Below are positions 13,738-28,019 of a stretch of 64,000 nt of DNA, in pieces (positions within the stretch are counted from its first letter, which is position 1; every line of letters begins with the position of its first letter). The notes beneath the pieces were generated by a model, which was not told the origin of the DNA, did not search any database, and worked only from the letters and a program-made list of their open reading frames with translations. The stretch is from contig NC_092355.1 of assembly GCF_963676685.1 (NCBI RefSeq), positions 1,054,001-1,118,000 of the forward strand, read 5' to 3'. The stretch comes from Mytilus edulis (lineage: Eukaryota). The translations under genes and the position numbers were made by a program.

Positions 13738-14769
13738 TGTAATCTGTCTCAAGCGAACGGTTCAAAGTAAAGTTCACATGAATCAATAACTTTTAAGTGA
13801 ATACTCCATCATCGATGGTATTTGAATCATTTGTTTGCAAAATTAAACCATACTGGCGATGTTAAAAGCGACATATTATTTAATTTTTTTCATTATATTA
13901 ATTGAATAGAATAATCCTTGTCTCTTTTATATGTTGGTATGCTCATTATTAGTGATAATAACAGTTTCAACACGTTATCAATAACATCAAAGTTGATGAG
14001 CATTACCAACCAAAAATGTACGTTCCAAATACACTTAAGACAACGTAAAAAATATAAAATGTACCTTTACATAAGTCCTGCTAAACGAATTCCGTTTATT
14101 CCTTTTCCACACGGTGACATATCAGTATAAACTCGTCTAGGTTTTACGTTATGGAGACACATATTTGATTGAGATACATGGTGCCATATGTTTATTTGTG
14201 TCATGGGAGTTTTATTCTAGATAACTTTATGTCCATAACGTGTTATGAAGAGTATACGAGATAACAGTTTATTGAAATTCAAAGGAAATTTAGACATTTA
14301 AAACGGATTAAAAACACTTCATAAAACACATTATGAATATAGACTTATTCTGTTCTTGCAGAATGTGCCAAAGAGACAACAATCCGAACAAAGACCAGAA
14401 AATAGCCGCAAACCACCAATGGGTCTTCAACATAGGGAAAAAATCCTACAACCGGAGACGTGATTCGGCTGGTTTCTTAAAAACAAATTTGTACTGGTTT
14501 AGTGATATGGACGTTATACTTAACTCCGTAATATATATATACATTGTATATATATGAACTTAAAGTATAAGACTAACAAAATGACAAAAGGTCAAACTCT
14601 GAACAGAAATCATCCATCATTGTACGACGTGATAAAATCTTACAATCTTTATGATTGATTCAATATACAAATCGGGGCACCAGGTACAAATTCGGAGATT
14701 TCCAAAAAGATTATTTTAGTTTTTTTTAAATTTGATTTTAGATTGAGTTATTAAAAAGGAAAAAAAAAT

Positions 14770-17345
14770 ACATGAAACGACAACAGCATGATGACAAATA
14801 TGATAAAAAGGTAAACAGAGGCAAATCAGCAGATAACTATGCACAATGTAAATTTGAACCACTCCAAATACTGGCCTTGATTGCAAGAGCTTCATAGAGA
14901 TAAACAGATTCTACTCCATATGTTACGCCTCTTTTGCTCATCTAATCACAACGTACAATTAGTCCAATTCGGTTTGTGCTCACCAGAAAAATGAACAAGT
15001 TTTGGGTATTTATTGTAGTTTGTATTTTTGATTTTTAAACCAGTATATGTTTTCTCTTAATTGATGTTTGACTTATGAACAGCAGTATATTACTGTGTTC
15101 GTTTTTTAAAATATTTGTATTCACTTATATTCCCAATTTTATTTATTTTTTCGTATCGGCTAAACTATGGTCAACTTCACAAACCTAATTATGTGTAAAA
15201 TGTTCTAGCAATTTCTGAAAATACTACTAGACATCAACAATGCTGTAATTTGCTGTTAGAAACAAAGAGATGTGCTCCTGGACACATAACACCATTAACA
15301 ATTATCAGTTTATCAGAGGAGAATACGTACTAACATGGAAATGAATATGTTATAAGCCTAGTACATTTGATAACTATTCACACCACTGCTTGTGGATGTT
15401 TCGTTCCCAAGATTATCATCAGCCAAGTGGTCAGCAGTACGATGTTGAATTGAATATCAATTATATGGTAATTTTTATAAATTTCCTGATTGCAAATCTA
15501 TGATTTATTACTAAGAATTTTCTTATCCGAGGCATATATAACCGTATTTTGTTAAACTTTTCAGAATTTTGGTGTGTTAATGCTCTTCCATTTTATTTGT
15601 TAACTTGGTTGGCTTTCTAGCAGTTTTGATCTGAGCGTCAATGGTGAGTCTTGTGTTGACGAAACGCTCGTCTCGCGTATCAAATGATAAGCTTGGTACC
15701 TTTGATAACTATTGGCTCACTGTGAATCATTTTCATTTTAAGTATCTTGAGATAATTATCGGTGTTTCTGCTTTTTTTCATGACCTGAGCTATCTTTGGC
15801 AAACATTTTGGCAAAATATGGTCTTCAATGATTTACATCTGCGTTCTTTATTCATAATTTCAACATTTACATTTGAGGAAGGTCCACTGATTGATTATTT
15901 TACCAAAAATGTACGTAGGGTGTACACAACCTATATTTTGAGTATTTTTTTTCTTTTAATTCTTTTTATATTTGGTTTACTAAGTTAAAATCGACAGTGT
16001 ATAGAACAAATCATCAAAATATATAAGTATTGTTATTTCAGACGTTAAAATCACGTCACTCGCTGTTAGTTGCACATAGCTATACACACTCAAAACAATA
16101 AATAATAAACGTTACCTTTTCACCGAGGAAAATGACAACAACAACATGAACAAAGAATCCAAAAAATATCACATATTTAGACATGATGTGATACAGCCTT
16201 ACAATGCTTTTTTTATTTATTATGCAGCATTAAAGCGAGGCGGTATAGACCAAGGAGATATTCAACGCTCACGAGTTAAAAAAAACAACTGTCAACGCAA
16301 TGACAAGGAAAGATGTGTAAAAACCAAAACAGAGTCACAAAACAGTACTTCAAAACAAAAAAGTATGAACTCCATAAATATTAAGATATCCAGAATTGAC
16401 AACTAATGAATAAAGCTTTTAGAAAAGCAACCGTATTTTAAATCGGGATAGAGATTTATATATAACTCGTAACACTATTTACCTGTTATTAATGTTTTTA
16501 TCGGTCTTGACAAAGATGTCCAAAAAAATGATATACGTACAAACCTAATGGGACTGGTTATTGACAACAATTGAATTTAATTTAATCCGTAGCGCAACTT
16601 CAAACAAAGTCTTCAATGATTTTTTTAATTACACGCTAGCATTTTCATTTATATAGAAGACGAATATTCTAAATAGGTGTACAAGATATAGCTCAGACAA
16701 TGCAACCAATATACAATCTAGCTTTATATAAGACCTGAATGACCTATTTTTCTTTTCCACATGGTGTCAAAACAGTATAACCTTCTCTATGTATTAAGTT
16801 AGAAAGACATATATCTGTAATAAAGTAGTGGAGGCACATCTTTAGTTTTGTCATGGGAGTGTTTATTTTAGATAACTATGTTATATTCATATAAGACTAT
16901 ACTAACTAACACTGTATTACATTTAGTTGGGAAATTAGGCCATAAACACGAATTAAACACAAAGAAGGAACTTCTTCATTTTAATCATTTACAAAAGATT
17001 CCAAAGATGATTTTCATTATGCTATGATATCTTATTTCGCTTTTTATTTCATGTGAGCTACCGTTACCTCTTGGTTCTGCACGTTAACATTTCAAACTGA
17101 GCCTATGTTTCTTTCATATTCATCCGTTCACAAGTTAATCATATATAAGTATTAGTGAAACAAGTATCAGTCTAAAATTGTATATGCCTGTATCACAATA
17201 TCAAGCGATATCGCAATCTTATTTACTGAATTTATCAAAGATAATCAACAAATGAAGAAAAGTACATCTTGTATGTAGCTTCATATGACAAGGATTTGGA
17301 TTGAACTGCCAACATTTCAGTAATCCTACAACACTTACACTTACT
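14770..17345 (+). pseudogene. Degraded Toll-like receptor-like gene (LRRs, LRRCT, TIR); paralogs at ~5090-6590, ~24620-27970, ~32930-33660
   Basis: Hand translation across frameshifts gives LRR-like LQILAL and LTIISLS, LRRCT-like DLFFFSTW..YIC, and TIR-like KDDFHYAMISY (17003) and FKLSLC..HP..SLKLYMPVSQYQAISQ. Confidence 0.5.
15361..15712 (+). mobile_element. Degenerate retrozyme monomer (duplicated at ~25230-25575; further relics at 37752-37905, ~28515-28560 and ~34030-34075)
   Basis: Homologous to 6843-7340. Hammerhead cores are mutated (AUGGUGA, AAGAUGA, CUGGUGA). Confidence 0.7.
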
Positions 17346-18359
17346 AGTTTTTGGTGGGGTTCCTGTTGTTTATTTTTCTATGTGGTGTCATGTGTACTAT
17401 TGTTTTATATGTTTGTCTTTTCATTTTTAGTAATGGCGTTGTCAGTTTATTTTCGATTTATGAGTTTGACTGTCCCTCTGGTATATTTCGTCCCGTGAAT
17501 TCTGAGTATTGCAAATAACACCTGCTAATGTGTCTTTTAACAAAAGTCTAAATTATTCAACTTCCTATCATTGGTGGACTGGCTATATATTAAAGCAGTT
17601 CGATCTGAGTATAACTAATCTGTTTCAGTAGATAAATCACACTTTGCTATTCACATCTTTTGAATTTATCAACAATAATTATCAAAGTGAAGTTATGAGG
17701 TTATCAGTACATTCTATAAGATATACGCTGTCCAGGCTTTCGACACATGAATTAGCAAAAACAATTTGAATATATCAATGAGCTACACTTAAACTTTAAA
17801 TTAACTCATGATAAACACCAGGGTTACATTTTGTCTTTGTTAGACTTTAATTTCAATATTATCAAACTTGTTATATTAATCGAAACGCGAATTTCGGAAA
17901 CATTGCAAACTTTTTCAATTAAATAACAATAACATCAAAATTATTACAATGAACACAGACTGAGGCTTTACTTATGCCTGGGTTTATATTAATGTACAGC
18001 AGACAGGACTCATTCAACACTTGTTGAGAGAACTTTAGCCTAACACCTGTTTAACCTTCAAATGTGAATACACTACCATATGTATGCATACATGTAAAAT
18101 GAATAACTGTTCATTAAAAAAAACAATACCTATATAATTGACCAACACAGAAACATAAACTAACAATATTGATCTTAACTATGTACTTTTTATTATTCGT
18201 AGAACTATGAAATGGGTAGCTAGCCTAAGTGAAAATGAAACTAATTGTACTTGTCATTAATTTTAATCATCGTTCATCCATTATATTCAACTAATTGGTA
18301 ATCCGGAAAAAAATGTTGTTAAACTATCGAACTTATGGAGAAATAAAGATGACTGTTAA

Positions 18360-18897
18360 GGGGGCTCGCGGGTCTAAATCGAAATTTTTATTTAATATAG
18401 GACTTCGCTTTATTTTTCTATAAATGAACTTTATCTTATACTTAAAAGAAAAATGAAATAAAAAAATGGGGTCACCGTTCATTTACGGTCACAATCTGCC
18501 ATCGAAAGAAGCATACATTTTTGTTAATGTCCTTTTTTTCTGTTGAACTAATAGGAGAAACAGAAGTAATATCGAAATAAAAAAAGAACTAAATTACAGA
18601 AATCGCTTAAATTTTACAATTATTTAGTTTATGTACAACTTATTCGAAAACAACAATAAAAAATATAGGTCACCGATGAGTTAAAAAAGATATTTCAATT
18701 TTAATGCCAAAAAATGGCATTTTTGCACCAAAGGGAGATAATTTGGAGCTTTTTCAATGATATCTACATTTTAAAAGTCACCTAGGGCCAACACGAATTG
18801 GTTTTTTGGAAAGATTTTTGTAAAAGGTAATAAATAAAATTTGTAATGAAAAATAAATGTTTAATTTTTTCTGAAAATTTTATACCCGCGAGCCTCC
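18360..18897. mobile_element. TTAA-target MITE (Kolobok-like), 538 bp
   Basis: TTAA-GGGGGCTCGCGGGT...ACCCGCGAGCCTCC-TTAA. Empty site GACTGTTAAATACG near 8005. Confidence 0.88.
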
Positions 18898-20800
18898 TTA
18901 AATACGTATCTTTCAATATAATTGATGATAAGCCTCTGTTGTATTCTATCTCCATTAACGAGATATGTAAGAAAGAAAGTACGGTGAAAAGCATGGAATT
19001 TTCTTTTCAAAATCAATAGGATAATGTAATGCTATAGAAAACAGAACGATTTATAAAAACACCCGAGATTCATAAAACTTTATCAACAATTGTACAAGGC
19101 TTAGAACAAAAAGTTATCGGATTTATCATTGAATTCAAAATAATAAAACATATAAGATTGGTATCAGTATCGCAATTAAAAGAGAGCAGACACATATATA
19201 GCTCATTATCATGTAAATGAAACACTGAAGATATATGTTTTATTTATTACAAGTAACTATACAACAACCATTAAAGCAACAGCTCATTCCTTTGATATGG
19301 CAGTGATTAAACCAATACATGTTCATAATTTCAGGTGGTACACAACACATTGACTAAAATCAATTTGGCTCGTTTAATTTTCATAAAATTTTGACAAAAT
19401 ATTTACTGTGACCCTTTGACAAAAATATAAATATTTCAAAAAAATTGAACCAACCAATTATCAGAAAATTTAAACTGGTTATTAGAGCAGTTTGACAAAC
19501 ACTAATTTTGATCATGGAGAAGCTTAATATTCCCTGAACAACACAACGTAATTAAAACGTTTAGCTAATTTTACAGAGTTATCTCCCTGTAGTGTTAGGT
19601 ACCACCTTAAACACGACCATAGTTTCATGATTACGAATAAGAGATATATCAGCACAATACTAAATAATGACACAAAAAACAAATATTCCAAAGACGGTTA
19701 ACTGCGACAATCATTGAACATTAGAAACGTGTCAGTTTATTTTTGATTTATGAGTTTAATTGTCCCTTTGATATCTTTCATCCCCCTTTTTTAATTATTC
19801 TCCTTACACCAAAATAGTGATTAAACAATTAAAAACATCATCTATTGTATATCTCCTGTTTACAACATTGGACGCTAAAGTCAATTAATATCTTTATTTC
19901 CCGATATATGATATAAAAACTGTTACTTTGTGTTGATCATTTTTACACACAATAATAATGTCATCATTTAGCAAACACGATGGATTTAAAACAACAACAT
20001 TAACAGCTTGCCACCGCGGGATTGACTATATCTAGTGTCTGGTCATGTTTACATTAGTGTGTTTATATATTTGTTTTTGTACCATAGTGTTACTTGTAAT
20101 TTCTTTTTGATAAGCATCCCTTGGTAACATAGGTAATATAACTCGGGAAAAATGTAAAATTTTTCAGTATGACTATAAGATAATACACGTGAGCATTTCA
20201 TTTACCAGAATGTATAAGAACACATGTAACACAAGGTTCCTGTCGTTTAACTCCCTTCAATTTACCATCAAAATCACATTCAAAATTTGTTAACGGCTAA
20301 CTCGTTGTAAAGACCTGTCAAAGATACCAGTGACACAACAGTAAATAATATGAATAATTCAAACTGTTTGTGACGTATTGGTTTCATATTAGCGCTATAC
20401 GTATAAACATCATATTACGAAAATCAGAAAAGATTAAAAAACATTGTACTAGGCTCGAAGGAAGATACAATTTATGATTTCTATTACATGATGTTTTTTT
20501 ATCCGAATCAATAAAATGAAACTCAAATTCAATTTGAAAACCAATTATCTTATCAGGTAAAATAGTAATACAATTTTATGTTAAGACCATGATTTCTTTA
20601 TGTCCTTTTCCTCTTTCACAGGGTGTAATTTCTGCATGTAAATTGAAATTTTTACATAAATTTTAGCTTGGAAATATCAATTCAACGAATATACACTCTA
20701 ACACTGTTGATTGTTTTTGAAGTCAGTATAAAAGGTTAAAATTCATACTGATTAGTATGCATTATGTAGCTAAAATAAAATTAACGGTACCAATTTTCTT

Positions 20801-20844
20801 GCACCAGATGCGCATTTCGACAATACATGTCTCTTCAGTGATGC
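20801..20844 (-). ncRNA. Minimal type I hammerhead ribozyme
   Basis: GCAUCA-CUGAAGA-GACA(UGUAU)UGUC-GAAAU(GCGC)AUC^UGGUGC. Stems I and II pair; palindromic stem III. Confidence 0.85.
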
Positions 20845-21150
20845 TCGTGGTCAAAATATTTGAAATCCAAAGCTTATATAAAAGATGAAGAGCTATAATC
20901 CAAAAGGTACAAAAAGTATAGCCAAATCCATGAAAGGAATCAGAGCTTTGCATGAGGGAGATACATTCCTTAATTTATAATAATTTCTAATATTTTATAA
21001 CAGCAAATTTTAATAACACAAAACATCCGTATTTTCATGCCAGTACCGAAGTACTGGCTACTGGGCTGGTGATACCCTCGGGTACTAATAGTCCACCAGC
21101 AGATGCATCGACCCAGTGGTAGTAATAAAATTAACGGTACCAATTTTCTT

Positions 21151-21194
21151 GCACCAGATGCGCATTTCGACAATACATGTCTCTTCAGTGATGC
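21151..21194 (-). ncRNA. Minimal type I hammerhead ribozyme
   Basis: Identical to 20801-20844. Confidence 0.85.
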
Positions 21195-21641
21195 TTGTGG
21201 CCAAAATATTTAAACTGGGTTATGTGGAAGACATCAATTCCAATATAAACAAATGTAAGTAGAATAACTTGAATTAGGGATGGATTGACATTTTTAGATG
21301 AAGAGATATGCATTGGGATATTTAACATTCATTACAATGTTTTTTTCATGTTAGAAGGATATTTTGCAATTCTAAATTGCCCTAAGTTGTACAAACATGC
21401 ATCATCACAAACTATGAATCTATTTTTGTATAACAAATACTTGTAATTATTACCGTCCAATACATGTATATGAAGGTTGCAAGTTTTCAACAAATGCAAT
21501 TATAAACATTGTTTAAAGTTTTAGTATAGGATATAAGCCGATAACAGCCTGTGGCGTCATACTTATCTATCCAAAACATTATTTAACTTGTCGAAAAGTT
21601 TTAGATAAAGAAGAGGCAATCAAATAATAGTTTGCATCAAG

Positions 21642-22419
21642 TGTGTTCAATTGGTGATAAATCTGGAGACATTGCTGGCCAAGTCAACAAACGAATATGG
21701 TTATTCTCCAAAAAGGTCATTGAAATGTGTGCCACGTGACAACGGGCGTTGTCCTGCTGATAAATGTGGTTAAAACGATGTCTTCGGAGAAACGGGTGAA
21801 CAACTAGAGCCAAAATTTCGTCCCTATACCTTGTTGCATTTAGGTTACCAACGATGATTTTGAGCGCGGTGCGTTCCTGGTAGGTAATTCCGCCCCATAC
21901 CATGATTCCACCACCACCAAACCGATCTGTTTCCTGCATGAACGCATAAAAAAATTGTTCATTGCGTCCCCGGTAGACCCTGGCTCTGCCGTCGCTAAAT
22001 TTCAAATTGAGTTTAGTTAAAAAGAACCTGTCTCCATGTTTGCCTATTCCATCGAATCCGTACCCGTGTCCATTGAAGTCGCGCCATCCTGTGATGCTGC
22101 GTAAGGATAGGTCCCTTCAATGGACGACAAGCTCTTAGACCAACTTGACGCAATCGGTTACGAACTGTTTGAGCAGATATTCTGTTGTTATGTCTTCCGT
22201 GGGTTTGTCGCGCAGTTTGTGACGCGTTTACAAATCGATTTAAGCCTGATAAAAGTCTTTCTAGAGACATTAAAATGATTTGCAACTTGCAATTGGGTCA
22301 TTCCACTTTTTATAAATGAGTAAATGTTATAGATAAATCATTAAGGTCACTAGTTTTTAAATTAATATATGTTATATTTTCAAATAAAAAACCAATGTTA
22401 CATTTTTTTTTGCCTAGTA
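21642..22419 (-). mobile_element. Truncated duplicate of the Tc1 element
   Basis: Same transposase fragments (ORFs 21637-22005 and 22013-22285), same right TIR and flank. The 3' end is deleted. Confidence 0.9.
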
Positions 22420-25400
22420 TATATCCTAGAAAATAAAATATAACTAATATAACCTCTTCATCGATGCAAACAAGACAACAAAAAATTCATAAAAGTCACA
22501 TGCTGCAGACGGATGAAATCATCAGGATATTAAGATTAGTGTATCCAAACAGAAATCATTCTACTCCAAGCTCTTACAAAAAGGAAGCATATTGAATACC
22601 GTTTCACAGATGATATCAGATATGTTCAGTATGTCGTAACTTCACTTTTCACAGATGTGAACAACAGAATTGATTTAGACTATTTACCGAATTTGTAGTA
22701 ACATAAGCAACACGACGGGTGCTACATGTGGAGGAAGATCTGCTACCCTTCCGAAGCACCCGACATCACCCCTTTTTCAGGTGGGGTTCGTGCTGCTTAG
22801 TCTTTAGTTTTCTATGTTGTTTTTTCTGTATTTTTGTTTGTCTGTTTGTCTTTTTATTTTGAGCCACAGTGTTGTCAGTTTATATTCAATCTATGAGTTT
22901 GACTGTCCCTGTGATATCTTTGTACTTCTTATATAGAAATGAGAAATTTGTAATTTAAAATTCGAGTAAAACTAACAACGCAATACAAAAGGGACGAAAA
23001 ATCGGAAACCATTAATTTTCACCGATTTGAGTCAAACCTCATCTATAACATACTTAAACGTTCATCCAAAATCTATAAGGACTGAGATTGATAATATATA
23101 TAATCGTTTAGTGTGTATTTGTGTGCAAATGCTAGCGTCATAAACACAATTATAGATAGAAAAAGATAGTGAACTCGTGCAATGATTGAAGGTATGTTTA
23201 ATTTCACGTTAAAGATGAAAATTATATGTTTGTACTCGTTTTTAGCCATATAAGAAATATTTCTTGATGATCGAATCAGTCAATCAAATGATGTATCTTT
23301 TTTGTAACTTTCAATGTTGACAATTCTTTTCTGTTATTAATTGAAAACGTATAATGCATGCGTTTACATAAATTAGGCCGTTAGTTTTCTCGTGTGAATT
23401 GTTTTACCTTGTCTTATCGGGACCTTTTGTAGCTGACTATGCGGTATGGGCTTTGCTCATTGTTGAAGGCCGTACGGTGACCTATAGTTGTAAATGTCTG
23501 TGTCATTTTGGTCTTTTGTGGATAGTTGTGTCATTGGCAATCATACCACAACTTCTTTTTTATGTAATCTGTCTCAAGCGAACGGTTCAAAGTAATGTTC
23601 ACATGAATTCAATAACTTTTAAGTGAATACTCCATCATCGATGGTATTTGAATCATTTGTTTGCAAAATTAAACCATACTGGCGATGTTAAAAGCGACAT
23701 ATTATTTAACTTTTCATTAGATTAATTGAATAAAATAATCATTGTCTCTTTATATGTTGGTATGCTAGACGGACATTGATTCTACAACATACTCATTATT
23801 AGTGATAGTATCAGTTTCAACACCTTATCAATAACATCAAAGTTGATGAGCATTACCAACCAAAAATGTACGTTCCAATTACACTTAAGACAACGTATCA
23901 AATATAAAATGTACCTTTACATAAGTCCTGCTGAACGAATTCCGTTTACTCCTTTTCCACACGGTGACATATCAGTATAAACTCGTCTAGGTTTTACGTT
24001 AGGGAGACACATATTTGATTGAGATACATGGTGCCATATGTTTATTTGTGTCATGGGAGTTTAATTCTAGATAACTTTGTTATATTTCCATAACGTGTTA
24101 TGAAGAGTATACGAGATAACAGTTTATTGAATTTCAATAAATTTAGACATTTAAAACGGATTAAAAACACTTCATAAAACACATTATGAATATAGACTTA
24201 TTCTGTTCTTGCAGAATGTGTCAAAGAGACAACAATCCGAACAAAGAGCAGAAAATAGCCGCAAATCATAAATGGGTCTTCAACATAGGGAGAAAATCCT
24301 ACAACCGGAGACGTGCTTCAGCTGGTTTCTTAAAAACAAATTTGTACTAGTTTAGTGATATGGACGTGATACTTAACTCCGTAATATCTATATACATTGT
24401 ATATATATGAACTTAAAGTATAAGACTAACAAAATGACAAAAGGTCAAACTCTGAACAGAAATCATCCATCATTCTACGACGTGATAAAATCTTACAATC
24501 TTTCTGACTGATTCAAAATACAAAGCGGGGCACCAAGTACAAATTCGAAGATTTCCAAAAATATTATTTTAGTTTTTTTTAATTTAATTTTAGATTGAGT
24601 TATTAAAAAGGGGGAAAAAATACATGAAACGACAACAGCATGATGACAAATATGATAAAAAGGTAAACAGAGGTAAATCAGCAGATAACTATGCACAATG
24701 TAAAAAACTAAATTATGCGCAAAGTGAACCACTCCAAATACTGGCCTTGATTGCAAGAGCTTCATAGAGATAAACAGATTCTACTCCATATGTTACGCCT
24801 CTTTTGCTCATATAATCACAACGTGAAATAAGACCAATTCGGTTTGTGCTTACCAGAAAAATGAAAATGTTTTGGGTACTTTATTGTAGTTTGTATTTTT
24901 GTTTTTTAACCAGTATATGTTTTCTCTTAATCGATGTTTGACTTATGAACATCAGTGTATCACTGTGTTGGTTTTTTAAATATTTGTATTCACTTATATT
25001 CCGCATTTTATTTATTTTTTCATATCGGCTAAAATATGGTCAATTTCACAAACTTAATTATGTGTAAAATGTTCTTGCAATTTTTGCAAATACTACTAGA
25101 CATCAACAAAGCTGTATTTTGCAGTTAGAAACAAAGATAAGTGCTCCTGGACACATAACACCTTTAACAATTATCAGTTTATCAGAGGAGAATACGTACT
25201 AACATGGAAATGAATATGTTATAAGCCTAGTACATTTGATAACTATTTACACCACTGGGTCGATGCCACTGCTGGTGGGTGTTTCGTACCAAAGATTATC
25301 ATAAGCCAAGTGGTCAGCAGTACGGTGTTGAATTCAATATCAATTATATGGTATTTTTTATAAATTTCCACATTGCAAATTTATGAATTATTACTAAGAA

Positions 25401-27104
25401 TTTTCTTATTTGGTTAAACTTTTCAGAATTTTGGTGTGTTAATGCTCTTCAATTTTATTTGTAAACTTGGTTGGCTTTCTAGCAGTTTTGATCTGAGTGT
25501 CAATGGTGAGTCTTGTGTTGACGAAACGCACGTCTCGCGTATCAAATGATAAGCTTGGTACCTTTGATAACTATTGGCTCACTGTGAATCATTTTCATTT
25601 TAAGTATCTTGAGATAATTATCGGTGTTTCTGATTTTGTTTTTATGACCTGAGCTATCTTTGGCAAACATTTTGGCAAAATGTGGTCTTCAATGATTTAC
25701 ATCTGCGTTCTTTATACATAATTTCAACAGTTACATTTGAGGAAGGTCCACTGATTAATTTATTTTACCAAAAATGTACGTACCCAACCTATATTTTGAG
25801 TATTTTTTTTTCTTTTAATTCTTTTTATATTTGGTTAACTAAGTTAAAATCGACAGTGTATAGAACATATCATCAAAATATATTATTGTTGTTATTTCAG
25901 ACGTGGAAATCGTGACTACTCGCTGTTAGTGGCACATAGCTATATACACTCAAAACAATAAATAATAAACGTTACCTTTTCACCGAAGAAAATGACAACA
26001 ACAACATGAACAAAGAATCGAAAAAATATCACATATTTAGACATGATATGATACAGCCTTACAATGCTTTTTTTATTTATGCAGAATTGAAACGAGGCGG
26101 TATATATCAAGTAGATATTCAACGCTCACGAGTTAAAAAAACAACTGTCAACGCAATGACAAGGAAAGATGTGTAGAAACCAACACAGAGTCACAAAACA
26201 GTACTTCAAAACAAAAATGTATGAACTCCATAACATATTTAGATATCCGGGATTGACAATAATATTAAAAAGAATATGTAGTATGACAACTGTCCACAAA
26301 AGACAAACATGATACAGGCATTAACAACTCTAGGTCACCGTACGGCCGTCAACAATGATCCCATACCGCATAGTCAGCTATAAAAGACCCCAATAAGACA
26401 ATGTAAAACAATTCAAACGAGGAAACTAACGGCCATATTTACATAAAAAAAATGAACGAAAAACAAATATGTAACACATAAACAAACGACAACCACTGAA
26501 CCGCTGTTCAACTAATGTTTAAAGCTTTTAGAAAAGCAACCGTATTGTAACTCGGGATAGAGATTTACATAGAACTCGTGACAATATTTAGGTGTTATTA
26601 ATGTTTTTATCGGTCTTAACAAAGATTTCTAAAAAAGTGATATACGTACGTAACTCGACGTACAAACCTAATGGGACTGGTTATTGACAACAATTGAATT
26701 TGGTTAAATACGTAGCTCGTGTTCAAACAAAGTATTCAATGACGTTTTAAACTACACGCTAGAATTTTCTTCATATGAATGACGAATATTCTAAATAAGC
26801 GTACAAGATATAGCTCAGACAATGCGAACAATATACAATCTAGCTTTATATAAGACCTGAATGACGCATTTTTCGTTTCCACATGGTGTCATAACAGTAA
26901 AGCCTTGTCTATGTATAGAAAGAAATATATCTGTAATAGAGTAGTGGAGTCACCTTTAGTTTTGTCATGGGAGTGTTTACTTTAGATAACTATGTTATAT
27001 TCATATAATACGATACTAACTAACACTGTATTAAATTTCGTAGGAAAATTGGGCTATAAACACGAATTCAAAACAAAGAAGGGACTTCTTAATTTAAATC
27101 ATAT

Positions 27105-27399
27105 ATTCCCGTCAGGGATGAAAATTTCAGGAACTGAATTTTCGGCTCTCCCTTGACACCATTTGCAATTATGTTCTCGAGGAAACGATGATAGTCCGTC
27201 GGAAGGGGACAATAAATGACTGACACGTGTTAATAGAGAGCCATATCTCTTGCACGTTAAAGACATCCTTGTAATTTTCGAAACAGAGCAGGCTAATGCC
27301 GCTATAAGACAGCAATCGCACCCGCAAAGCGGAGAGGGATTAATATAAGTTGCAAAACTTGTTTCCCAATCCATTATAAATAAAAAATGTTTAAACTAA
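27105..27399 (+). mobile_element. 5'-truncated SINE, probably of the Meta-domain type
   Basis: Insertion absent from paralogous blocks. Central TCGGAAGGGGAC..TAAA..GCACGTTAAAGA motif resembles the MetaSINE core; AT-rich tail. Confidence 0.55.
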
Positions 27400-28019
27400 A
27401 TTATCTACAAAAGATTCCAAAGATGATTTTTTTATGCCATAATATCGTATTTCGCGTTTTATGTCATGTACGTGACCTTTACTTCTTGGGTCTGCACTTT
27501 AACATTTTAAAGTGAGCTTAATTTTCTTTTATATGAATCCTTTCACAAATTAATCAAATATAAGAATTGGTGAAACATGTATCAGTCTAACGCTTTCTAT
27601 GTTTGCATCACAATATCAAGCGATTTCTATATTTCATTAAATAAGTTAACAAAGATGATCAACACATGAAGTACATCTTGTGTTTTTTTCTTCATATGCA
27701 AATGAGTTAGGATTGAGCTGCCAACATTTCCGTAAACCTACAACACTTACTCTTACTAGTTTGTAGTGGGGTTCGTGTTTTTTATTCTTTAGTTTTCTAT
27801 GTTGTGTCATGAACACTTTTGTTTTATCTGTTTGTCTTTTTCATTTTTAGCCATGGCATTGTCACTTTTTTTTTCTATTAATGATTTTGATTATCCCTCT
27901 GGTATCTTTCGACACACTTGCTGAAAAAATATTCATGCGAACGATATGACAAAAATGCTAGCAGATAAAACATAGATTTCAAAGAGCAAACCGTACATTA
28001 GCTTTGTTAGTACAGTATT

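Larger units (their letters stand above)
12600..14330 (+). pseudogene. Degraded LRR/LRRCT segment; paralogs at ~22420-24190 and ~44790-45880
   Basis: SFNTLSITSKLMSITNQKCTFQIHL resembles a terminal LRR. It is followed by sequence homologous to the LRRCT-like block at 5770-5930. Confidence 0.4.
20772..21211 (-). mobile_element. Retrozyme (350-nt unit) bounded by two intact minimal type I hammerhead ribozymes
   Basis: Direct repeats exactly 350 nt apart, each containing a hammerhead core. Confidence 0.85.

Noticed and set aside
25970-26045. Minus-strand signal-peptide-like exon MSKYVIFFRFFVHVVVVIFFGEK followed by GTAAC, repeated in several blocks
   Set aside because: The frame and ATG are not kept among the more distant paralogs (3020, 12620, 22450, 44810) and no downstream exons were found. 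The + strand LRR reading explains the region better.
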